Shown piece by piece: positions 27,027 to 34,973 of a stretch of 64,000 bases of DNA. Source of the stretch: a virus (taxonomy: Duplodnaviria; Caudoviricetes); IMG/VR virus record IMGVR_UViG_3300028601_000030, positions 1-64,000 of that record; one strand, given 5' to 3'. Every line of letters begins with the position of its first letter. Position 1 is the first letter of the stretch. The notes beneath the pieces are model-generated. The model saw only the letters and a list, made by a program, of their open reading frames with translations, was not told the origin of the DNA and made no database searches. The translations under genes were made by a program, and so were the position numbers.

Positions 27027-27892
27027 TGAAGACAATTGCCCTTATTGACGCAAATGGTATAGGTGCGAAGTCCGCTTTTGCATTGCAGGATTTAGCAATG
27101 AACGAAGTACCGACAGGCGTTGTTTATGGGTTTCTTCGTGAAATACTGACTATTGGTATTGCATTGAGAACCAACAGATTGATGTTTTGTTGGGACTCCA
27201 GACGTTCTTTGCGTAGAGATTTGTTTCCTGGTTATAAAGAAAAGCGCACAGACAAACGCACTAAATGGGAAAAAGAAGTTTGGAAAGTTGCTTACGACCA
27301 ATACGATATTCTTCGGGAAAAGGTTTTGCCTTCAATTGGGTGGCGAAATCAATTTCATTTTGATGGTTATGAAGCTGACGATATAATGCACCAAGCAGCA
27401 AAACAATTGCACCAAGAAGGACATGATCCTGTAATTGTTTCTTCTGACGAAGATATGTACCAATCACTTGTTTGGGCCGACATTTACAATCCAACGAAAA
27501 AGAGTTTTTTCCTTCCTGAAGATTTTGAAAAGAAATATGGAATAACCCCAGATAAATGGCATCTGGTAAAAGCTATTGGGGGATGCACTTCTGACACTGT
27601 TCCTGGTGTAGAAAACGTTGGAGAAAAAACTGCAATTGCTTATCTCAAAGGTGAATTGAAACGCACAACAAAAAAGTTCCAAAGCATCAAGCAAGCAGAA
27701 TCGAACGGCACTCTTGAACTATACAAGAGGTTGGTAACTCTTCCATTTGAAGGTTTTCCTGCGCTTAAATTCCAAGGTGATGTATTTGACGTTGATAATT
27801 TTGTAGCCAATTGTGAAGGCTATGAACTTCATTCCCTGCTTTCCAGAAAAAGTTATGCTCGCTGGGAAGATTTTCTTTACGGAGTATTTTAA
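27026..27892 (+). CDS. 5'-3' exonuclease / flap endonuclease (T4 RNase H-like)
   Basis: LIDANG, WDS...YKEKR, EADDI, SSDEDM, GCTSDTVPGVENVGEKTA. Confidence 0.92.
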   Translation: MKTIALIDANGIGAKSAFALQDLAMNEVPTGVVYGFLREILTIGIALRTNRLMFCWDSRRSLRRDLFPGYKEKRTDKRTKWEKEVWKVAYDQYDILREKVLPSIGWRNQFHFDGYEADDIMHQAAKQLHQEGHDPVIVSSDEDMYQSLVWADIYNPTKKSFFLPEDFEKKYGITPDKWHLVKAIGGCTSDTVPGVENVGEKTAIAYLKGELKRTTKKFQSIKQAESNGTLELYKRLVTLPFEGFPALKFQGDVFDVDNFVANCEGYELHSLLSRKSYARWEDFLYGVF

Positions 27893-28083
27893 TGCTACCT
27901 CCATTGATTGTAGTAGACCCGGAACATGTTGATGAAAACGGTGCCCCTGTTGAAGGAGCTACCATTTACCTAAACCACATAAAAGTACACCCTTCCCAAG
28001 AAAAGAAAGTATTTCAAGGGCTTAAAGGAATGTACCCAAACCAAGAGTTTTGTGTAGAGAGGCGACATGGCAAATTGCGTTAG
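27892..28083 (+). CDS. Hypothetical protein
   Basis: TAATG overlap; 63 aa. Confidence 0.55.
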   Translation: MLPPLIVVDPEHVDENGAPVEGATIYLNHIKVHPSQEKKVFQGLKGMYPNQEFCVERRHGKLR

Positions 28084-28197
28084 CTGTGTATATGAGGAAT
28101 GGGAACGAACTGTAAATTGCAGATATAGGTGGTGGCGGTATAAACCGAAAAGATGGATTAGCTAAACCTTGCCCATGTTTCACTGAAAGGACTTGAT

Positions 28198-28749
28198 ATG
28201 GCATTGATGCGAAGAACGGCAAATGGAGTTTTTGTTGGACTTGATTTGTCCCTGACAGGAACAGGAGTTGTGGTGTTAGACAACGAATGTTCCGTACTTT
28301 GCGCGGAAACACTGAAAAACAAGCTCAGGGGAATGGAAAGGCTTGCATACTTGCGGGAAGAAATCCACTCTGTGGTTCGTAAATATCCTTCGGCTGTGTA
28401 TTGTATTGAAGGGTATGCAATGGGCAGTCGTTCAGGACAAGCTTTCTCTATAGGTGAATTGGGAGGAGTTATCAAGCTTCTTCTCCACACAGAAAACATC
28501 ATTCCGCACCTTGTGCCTCCTACAAGGCTAAAGAAATTTATTGTTGGTGGAGGTCGTGCAGAAAAAGATATGATCCTCATGAAAGTATTTCAGCGTTGGG
28601 GATGGGAAGCGAAAGATAATAACCAAGCTGACGCATATGGCTTAGCCAGAATTGCTTATGGTCTTACAAATCCAGATGGTCATAACAAAGCGCAAATTGA
28701 AGTTTTGAATGATATTTTGAATCCTCCCGAACCAAAAAAGAAAAAATAA
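28198..28749 (+). CDS. RuvC-like Holliday junction resolvase
   Basis: VGLDLSLTGTG, CIEGY, IGELGG, PTRLKKF, DNNQADA. Confidence 0.85.
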   Translation: MALMRRTANGVFVGLDLSLTGTGVVVLDNECSVLCAETLKNKLRGMERLAYLREEIHSVVRKYPSAVYCIEGYAMGSRSGQAFSIGELGGVIKLLLHTENIIPHLVPPTRLKKFIVGGGRAEKDMILMKVFQRWGWEAKDNNQADAYGLARIAYGLTNPDGHNKAQIEVLNDILNPPEPKKKK

Positions 28750-28759
28750 GGAGAAACCA

Positions 28760-30136
28760 ATGAAGATGGAATTTCAACCAATACTCGAAGACCTAATAAA
28801 ACTGTCCAATACTTCAAGCACAAACGCAAAGAAAGACATGCTTGCCAGCATGATGAAGTGCAAGAACTTTCGCACAGTGCTTGAACTAGCCCTTGATTCC
28901 CGCAAGCACTTCAACATAAAAGAACTTCCAAAACCAAAGACAGGGATATTTGCAAAGAAAGCAGATATATCAATTCAGGATGTATTTGATTTTCTGGAAG
29001 AACTTGCAAAAACTCCTGGAACTTCACAAGCTGAAAAACAACAACTTGCGAATTGGGCAAATCAGTTTGTAGGTGGATATGAGGTTGTGTGCCGTATCGT
29101 CAAAAAAGATTTGCGTTGTGGCGTTAAAGGCAAACTGGTGAATGCTGTAGCTGAGAAATATTTCCCTGATTTTTCTATTTTTGAATGGCCGTATATGCGT
29201 TGCCGTTCTTACACAGAAAAGAATCTGAAGAATATCCGCTATCCTGCGTATGCACAGCTCAAGGCTAATGGTTCGCATATTGATGTGATAAAAGATTCTG
29301 ATGGAAATATCACATTTCATTCACGGGCAGGTAATGAATATGACTTTCTTGGGCTGCTTGACAAAGCAACCGAAGAATTGTTTGGTGCTGTTGACGGTGT
29401 GTTTATTGGGGAAGCTCTGGTGGTTGATGATTTTGGTGAACCTTTAGACAGAAAAACCGGTAACGGGATAATCACAAAGGCGCTCAAGGGAACAATCACC
29501 AAAGCAGAAGTCAAGCGCATACGCATTCAGCTATGGGAATATGTCTCCTACGGCTATTTCTTCGCTCAAACAGAGGATAAACTTGTCTACAGAGATTCAT
29601 TTGAAAATGTCCTAGCCCATACAAAAGGCAATCCAATATATTCTCCCATCGAACATCGGATTGTAAACAACTTTGAAGAGGTTATGGTATATTACAAAGA
29701 GGTGAAAGAACGTAAGCTGGAAGGATTAGTTCTTAAAAACTTTTCTGGTGTATTTGAAAGCACACAAACCGGTTCAAAAAATCAGATGAAGGTAAAGTCT
29801 GTTCTTGGTGAAGAATACGAAGCCGAGTTTACAATCACTGGATTTGAATTTGGTGAAAAAGGCACACGATTTGAGAATGGTCTTGGTGCTTTGCATTACA
29901 CTTCAAAGTGTGGTAAAATTCAAGGTAAAGTAGGGTCTGGTTTTTCTCATGCGGAGCGCGACAATCTGACGGAAGAAGATGTAGTTGGGAAAATTGCAAC
30001 CTTGCGCTTCGATGAATTGATAAAAGATAAACACGCGGATTCTGTTTTCCGCTTGTATGCTCCTCGCTTTATTGAGTTTCGTAGAGACAAAGAAGAAGCG
30101 GATTCACTTGAATATGTAATGGAGATGGCTCAATGA
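28760..30136 (+). CDS. ATP-dependent DNA ligase
   Basis: Motif I QLKANGSH, FIGEAL, EGLVLK, KVKS; OB-fold KVGSGFS...APRFIEFRRDK. Confidence 0.88.
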   Translation: MKMEFQPILEDLIKLSNTSSTNAKKDMLASMMKCKNFRTVLELALDSRKHFNIKELPKPKTGIFAKKADISIQDVFDFLEELAKTPGTSQAEKQQLANWANQFVGGYEVVCRIVKKDLRCGVKGKLVNAVAEKYFPDFSIFEWPYMRCRSYTEKNLKNIRYPAYAQLKANGSHIDVIKDSDGNITFHSRAGNEYDFLGLLDKATEELFGAVDGVFIGEALVVDDFGEPLDRKTGNGIITKALKGTITKAEVKRIRIQLWEYVSYGYFFAQTEDKLVYRDSFENVLAHTKGNPIYSPIEHRIVNNFEEVMVYYKEVKERKLEGLVLKNFSGVFESTQTGSKNQMKVKSVLGEEYEAEFTITGFEFGEKGTRFENGLGALHYTSKCGKIQGKVGSGFSHAERDNLTEEDVVGKIATLRFDELIKDKHADSVFRLYAPRFIEFRRDKEEADSLEYVMEMAQ

Positions 30137-31209
30137 TTAAAAATTTAACCATTGAAAACTTCCAGTCCCACAAACACACATCATTGGATTTTCATCCTGG
30201 GGTAAATGTTATTCTTGGATTGTCTGATGTTGGTAAATCTTCAATACTTCGTGCGCTTAATTGGGTAGCGTTTAACAATCCGTCTGGTGATTTTTTCCGT
30301 TCAGACTTCACGAAGAAAGACACAAAGGTTTCTGTCACGTTTGATTCCGAGGACACAGTTGTTCGTAGACGAGGCAAGGACAATTGTTATCTGGTAAATG
30401 ACCAGAAATTTAAAGCTCTTGGTACGAAAGTACCTGAAGAGGTGTCCGATTTGTTCAACATGGACGATGTGAATATGCAGCCTCAATGGCAGTCCTATTT
30501 CATGTTAGACCAGTCAAGTGGGCAAGTTGCACGTTCGTTAAATGCTATTTCTGGTTTGGAAGACATGGACTTGTCCATGAAAGCTATCAATTCTAAGATA
30601 AAAGATTCCAATACTGAAGTCAGTAACTTGGCTGAAGATATAAAAGAATGTGAGGAAGAAATTGAAGCTTTGTCTTGGATTGATGCCGCAAAGACAGAAC
30701 TACAGGACATCAGCTCAATTCATGATAAGATAGCTGAGAAGCGACAAGAACAAGGATCGCTCGCGTCCTTACTCACACGTTACGAGACCTTGCAAATCGA
30801 ATTGAAAACTCTTCCAGACTTCTCGGCTCTACCAACAATCAAAGAACTACTTCAACTCGATGAACACATTGAATCGTTGGTGGACGGCGCGGATAAATTG
30901 CAAGTATTGGTGGGCAAAGAAGCAACTCTACAGGAGCAGTTATCTGAATTGGATTTTGTTCCAAAAGCTAAACAAGACTTAGAAGTTTGTCAGCAAATGC
31001 ACCAACAAATCTTGGCTGATATTGAATCTCGTTCTTGTCTGGTTAAAAAGTTGTCCGAGCTAAACGACATTCAAAAATCATTGGATGATGTGCAAAAACA
31101 TACCGACGATTGCAGAAAAGCAGTCAAAAAATGTCACAGTGAAATTGATGTTTGTCCTACATGTAATCGTGAATGGGACAGCACTTGCGATGTAGGAGGT
31201 GCAGTATGA
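30133..31209 (+). CDS. SbcC/Rad50-like ATPase, N-terminal half ending at the zinc hook
   Basis: IENFQSH, Walker A GLSDVGKS, Q-loop, coiled coil, terminal CPTC. Confidence 0.85.
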   Translation: MIKNLTIENFQSHKHTSLDFHPGVNVILGLSDVGKSSILRALNWVAFNNPSGDFFRSDFTKKDTKVSVTFDSEDTVVRRRGKDNCYLVNDQKFKALGTKVPEEVSDLFNMDDVNMQPQWQSYFMLDQSSGQVARSLNAISGLEDMDLSMKAINSKIKDSNTEVSNLAEDIKECEEEIEALSWIDAAKTELQDISSIHDKIAEKRQEQGSLASLLTRYETLQIELKTLPDFSALPTIKELLQLDEHIESLVDGADKLQVLVGKEATLQEQLSELDFVPKAKQDLEVCQQMHQQILADIESRSCLVKKLSELNDIQKSLDDVQKHTDDCRKAVKKCHSEIDVCPTCNREWDSTCDVGGAV

Positions 31210-32087
31210 AATTTGTAGTTACTTCAGACTGGCACATAAAGAAAGAAAACCCAGAATATCGGGTAGATAATTATCTGGAAACTGCCCTGAAAAAAGTCCA
31301 ATTCATTATCGACCATGCAAACAAAAATGATGCTCGTGTCCTGATTGCTGGTGACATATTTGATTCACCGAGAGTTGGATTCTATGTTCTTAATCGTTTA
31401 ATGGAAATACTACGCACAGCGAATGAACCGCCGATTGTGTGTTATGGCAATCATGACACAACCTTCCACTCAGCAGATTTGACAAAGACTCCGTATCATA
31501 ATCTGCTTGTGAGCGGTACAGTTGTTGAAGGTGCTGATTTAGGTGACGTTGTTATTCATCCTGTAGGTTGGGAATGTACTGATGTTTCTCCTATAGAGAA
31601 CGAGGTGAATATTCTTCTTGGACATATTCCAACATTTGAAAGCACTGTTCCCTTCTGGAGTGAAAATGGCAAAACTCCTACAACGCTTAAACGAGCATTT
31701 CCTGGATTTGATTATTACATCGTTGGTGACATCCATACTCCTTTTGTGAAAAAGAATGTTATCAACCCAGGCAGTTTGTTACGTTCAGGAATCGACCAGT
31801 ACGACTATGAACCTCGTATTTATGAGCTTTGCACAGACAAAGGAACAATCAACGAGGTTAAAATACCCATTGAACCCGCAGCCAGTGTATTCGATACTCC
31901 GAAAAAAACAATGGCTGATACTCGCGATGTTAAAGCCCTGAATGAATTTATCGCAACATTGCAATCTGATCAAAAAGAAAAGCCCAATTTCAAAAACACT
32001 TTATCATCAGTGGTAAAACAATCTGAAGCTCCTGAACCTGTAGTAAAAATCATTTCTGATATTTTGGAGGAAGTTTATGGAAGATAA
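31206..32087 (+). CDS. SbcD/Mre11-like metallophosphoesterase nuclease
   Basis: SDWH, AGDIFD, YGNHD, LGH, GDIH, NPGS. Confidence 0.9.
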   Translation: MKFVVTSDWHIKKENPEYRVDNYLETALKKVQFIIDHANKNDARVLIAGDIFDSPRVGFYVLNRLMEILRTANEPPIVCYGNHDTTFHSADLTKTPYHNLLVSGTVVEGADLGDVVIHPVGWECTDVSPIENEVNILLGHIPTFESTVPFWSENGKTPTTLKRAFPGFDYYIVGDIHTPFVKKNVINPGSLLRSGIDQYDYEPRIYELCTDKGTINEVKIPIEPAASVFDTPKKTMADTRDVKALNEFIATLQSDQKEKPNFKNTLSSVVKQSEAPEPVVKIISDILEEVYGR

Positions 32088-32322
32088 AATCGCAAAACTC
32101 AAGCAGGCAAAAAAGAAGTTGGAAGAATCACAACACAAAGAGATTGTTCTGAAAACCAAGATTGAGCAAGTGATTGAGCAATTAGATGACCTTGGGCACA
32201 CGGTGGTTTCAGCAAAGAAGGCCATAAAGGAGTTTGATAAATCCGTACAAGAACTCGAAGAAGAATTGGAGGAGAAAATCACTGAGTTTGAAAATAATTA
32301 TGGTGAATTTTTCGAGGAGTAA
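32077..32322 (+). CDS. Small coiled-coil protein (possible middle piece of split Rad50)
   Basis: 81 aa almost entirely heptad repeats; GGAGG RBS. Confidence 0.65.
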   Translation: MEDKIAKLKQAKKKLEESQHKEIVLKTKIEQVIEQLDDLGHTVVSAKKAIKEFDKSVQELEEELEEKITEFENNYGEFFEE

Positions 32323-32325
32323 TGT

Positions 32326-32934
32326 ATGGATGCTAAATTAAAAAAGTGGGATACTATTCTTACTGAAAAGAAAGTACGCCGCGATGTAAAAACAGATATG
32401 CTTAAAAGCAAGCGGGAAGAATACGAGGAAGAAATGGTATATCTGGAACATCTACAGATTGCCCGCTCTTTGATTCAACGCGCTTCTGTTCTCACGCAAG
32501 AAAAGCTCAGTCACCATATAGGTGAATTGGTGACACTGGCTATGCAATCTGTGTTCGATGATCCTTATTCTTTTGCGGCAAACTTTGTCAATCGTAGAAA
32601 CACCACAGAATGTGATTTAGTTTTCACAAAAAATGGAAAGGAATATAAACCACTTGATTCTTGTGGTTATGGGGCAGCCGATGTTTCTTCCTTTGCCCTT
32701 CGTATAACTTTTTGGTCACTTGGTAATAAACGTCCAACAATTACTTGGGATGAACCTTTTAGACAGCTTGATTCAAAGAGGATTACGTATGCAGCAGAAA
32801 TTGTAAAAAGGTTGTCGGAAGATTTGGGGATTCAATTGATTATTGTTACCCACGAAAAAGAATTGACGGCTTGTGCGGATAAAATTTTCAGTGTTTCTAT
32901 GTCCGATGGAGTTTCCAAAGTAATCACAATTTAA
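32326..32934 (+). CDS. SbcC/Rad50-like ATPase, C-terminal half
   Basis: Signature-like SCGYG, Walker B ITWDEPFRQLD, H-loop IVTH. Confidence 0.85.
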   Translation: MDAKLKKWDTILTEKKVRRDVKTDMLKSKREEYEEEMVYLEHLQIARSLIQRASVLTQEKLSHHIGELVTLAMQSVFDDPYSFAANFVNRRNTTECDLVFTKNGKEYKPLDSCGYGAADVSSFALRITFWSLGNKRPTITWDEPFRQLDSKRITYAAEIVKRLSEDLGIQLIIVTHEKELTACADKIFSVSMSDGVSKVITI

Positions 32935-32956
32935 ATATCTTGCACTCTACACAATG

Positions 32957-33002
32957 ATGCCCAGAGATTAAGTATATCAGCACTCGCTTATTCTCTGGGC
33001 AT
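32957..33002. terminator. Inverted repeat at the junction of convergent transcription units
   Basis: ATGCCCAGAGA-24nt-TCTCTGGGCAT; related copy ATGCCCAGAATAA near 33117. Confidence 0.45.
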
Positions 33003-33136
33003 TTTAGCTCCGAAGCAAACAGAACGCAAAATTTCTAATTCTTTGTTAAATCTTGCGCGAATGAAATCTTCCCTTCGATAGATATAAATAGCCGCCTTCT
33101 CTTCTCCACTTTCTTAATGCCCAGAATAAACAGTTA

Positions 33137-33529
33137 TCAATTTAATTTCTTGTTAAAGCTACTCTTGCCTGCCCAAAGAACAGCAAGGAAATAACGTGTA
33201 GCCATAAAAGTTCGTTTTGTCCGATGCTTATCTCCAACTGTATATATTTTTCGAAGCATGTTATAAAGGAAAACTATATCCGCGACTATCTTATCCCACA
33301 TTGTACCGCCTACCCAATACATAAAATCATGGATATTCGCGGCCTCCGTCATGTCCAGACCAAAAAAATGGTCTGGAATAAGCCATTTAATAAAACGGTT
33401 AAACAGACCATGCTCAGAACCCATGCCATTACATAGCTTCTTTTTTGTTTCTTCTGGTAAATGCCAATAATCTTTGTGGGCGATTAGTCCATCATCGGCT
33501 ATTTTCAGATTCCTTATCAGAGATGGCAT
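33137..33529 (-). CDS. Conserved phage protein with a CNGxG...HDxMY motif (PLA2/DUF1353-like)
   Basis: LCNGMGS...AANIHDFMYWVGG...KIVADIVF. Confidence 0.5.
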   Translation of the reverse strand: MPSLIRNLKIADDGLIAHKDYWHLPEETKKKLCNGMGSEHGLFNRFIKWLIPDHFFGLDMTEAANIHDFMYWVGGTMWDKIVADIVFLYNMLRKIYTVGDKHRTKRTFMATRYFLAVLWAGKSSFNKKLN

Positions 33530-33665
33530 CTTCTATGTGTCCTTTCCCAGCAGCATCACGATCAATACGCAATTTAACCAAATCACCAAGAATACTAAAT
33601 GCTACTCCGGTATTACATCCAGACAAAAGCACAAGAAGTAAAACAGCCACAACCAATCTTTTCAT
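33492..33665 (-). CDS. Small lipoprotein (o-spanin candidate)
   Basis: MKRLVVAVLLLVLLSGC lipobox; GGAGG RBS. Confidence 0.7.
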   Translation of the reverse strand: MKRLVVAVLLLVLLSGCNTGVAFSILGDLVKLRIDRDAAGKGHIEDAISDKESENSR

Positions 33666-33678
33666 TTTCCTTCCTCCG

Positions 33679-33849
33679 TTACTGTACAGGGCCATCGTTT
33701 CCAAGAACTACAATCCCGTGCTGATTTTGCTGGGCAAACCGTACAGCGCGAATATGGGCATCTCGACCAGGTTTCCCGTGGCACTGATTGCAATTCTTCC
33801 AGCGACAAATTCCGTAAGCTGCTGCAATAGGACATTTTTTAGATTCCAT
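33679..33849 (-). CDS. Small Cys-rich protein (not in the ORF track)
   Basis: Hand translation MESKKCPIAAAYGICRWKNCNQCHGKPGRDAHIRAVRFAQQNQHGIVVLGNDGPVQ exactly fills the gap between its neighbours. Confidence 0.55.
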   Translation of the reverse strand: MESKKCPIAAAYGICRWKNCNQCHGKPGRDAHIRAVRFAQQNQHGIVVLGNDGPVQ

Positions 33850-33852
33850 TTT

Positions 33853-34254
33853 TCAATCAGTTTTCTTTGAATGATTGGTATAAAAATTATCTTGTTCCCG
33901 TCGTAGAGAAAAACAACCATCTATTTTCTTTTGTAGTATGGTTATGCTTTTTTCTCGTTCTCTGCAAACGGCATGTTGTTCTTTGCATTGCTGTTCTAAA
34001 GCGTCAATGCGATCTTCATGACTTTCATATTTGGTAAAAAGCAATTTTATCTGGTCCACTAATTCTTCTATTTTGTGGACAAGCGTGACGATCTCAGACT
34101 TTTCCATTTCTTCTTGTTTTCGAGCAATGTCTTGTTTCTGTTCCATAATAATATAGAACATCTTGTACATTATCCAAAAACTAAGCAGAAAAAATAAAGG
34201 TAAAATTGGTGTTCCCGGAGCCATAAGATATTTCCACAAACTCATAAAGTCCAT
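33853..34254 (-). CDS. Single-TM coiled-coil lysis protein (holin or i-spanin candidate)
   Basis: N-terminal hydrophobic helix followed by coiled coil; directly downstream of the endolysin. Confidence 0.6.
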   Translation of the reverse strand: MDFMSLWKYLMAPGTPILPLFFLLSFWIMYKMFYIIMEQKQDIARKQEEMEKSEIVTLVHKIEELVDQIKLLFTKYESHEDRIDALEQQCKEQHAVCREREKSITILQKKIDGCFSLRREQDNFYTNHSKKTD

Positions 34255-34262
34255 AAAACCAC

Positions 34263-34682
34263 CTAAATCAATTCAAAGTGCGGAAAATCATCAAATTCAT
34301 TGTCGGAAGTTTTCCAATCTTTGTTCCAGTCACCTCCCCAACGAACACTTCTAGTCATTTTACCTTCTGACTTGAGTTTTGCAGCTATGCCAAGAACAAA
34401 GCCTGCATTTAAGTGAAAACGGTCGCGATCTTCCCAATCTTCTTGAGAAAATGGATACGGGATTAAATCTACGGCTTCGGACGGAACAGGGTTATGTTTA
34501 GAACCGCCAGCACGAACCTTTGTCTTGCCAGCTTTAAACAATTCTTCTTGTCGCGCACTAGAGCGATAACCTTCAATAAGAGATATGTTGATATGCTTAA
34601 TGACTTCATTCATCAGCACACGAAGTTCTGGGTGCAGAGAAGCAAGGACTTGTTTTGATCGTGAGCCGAAGTAATAAGACAT
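34263..34682 (-). CDS. Endolysin, M15 family peptidase
   Basis: LHPEL, EGYRS...QEEL, SKHN...AVD, WGGDW, DFPHFEL. Confidence 0.92.
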   Translation of the reverse strand: MSYYFGSRSKQVLASLHPELRVLMNEVIKHINISLIEGYRSSARQEELFKAGKTKVRAGGSKHNPVPSEAVDLIPYPFSQEDWEDRDRFHLNAGFVLGIAAKLKSEGKMTRSVRWGGDWNKDWKTSDNEFDDFPHFELI

Positions 34683-34742
34683 GTTTTCCTCCTATTGGAT
34701 ATTTGTGCAAAAGTAGCATATCATTTGGTTTTAGACAATTCT

Positions 34743-34970
34743 TTAAACTTCATGTTCAGTATACGGGAGGTTAGGAGCTTCGCCTTGTATTCTACCTGTT
34801 TGAATGAATGCTTTATTGCCTACCGCAACACTCGTACCTTTAACAATTGCTGTGCCTCCCCCAGGAAAAGAAACAAAGCTTGTCCCATCAGCTAAGTGGG
34901 AAGATACTGTAGCAACCAATACTGGATCTTTTGGCAAAAGCTTTTCAAACTGTTTCCATATATTACTCAT
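34743..34970 (-). CDS. Small tail tip protein
   Basis: MSNIWKQFEKLLP...IQGEAPNL, typical last tail gene of this architecture. Confidence 0.55.
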   Translation of the reverse strand: MSNIWKQFEKLLPKDPVLVATVSSHLADGTSFVSFPGGGTAIVKGTSVAVGNKAFIQTGRIQGEAPNLPYTEHEV

Positions 34971-34973
34971 GGT

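Noticed and set aside
28066-28197. Small Cys-containing gene between 28083 and the resolvase
   Set aside because: Plausible motifs are spread over different frames; no single convincing ORF.
33040-33136. Remnant ORF reading NCLFWALRKWRREGGYL on the minus strand
   Set aside because: Resembles a small phage protein from memory but has no start codon and stops after about 30 codons.
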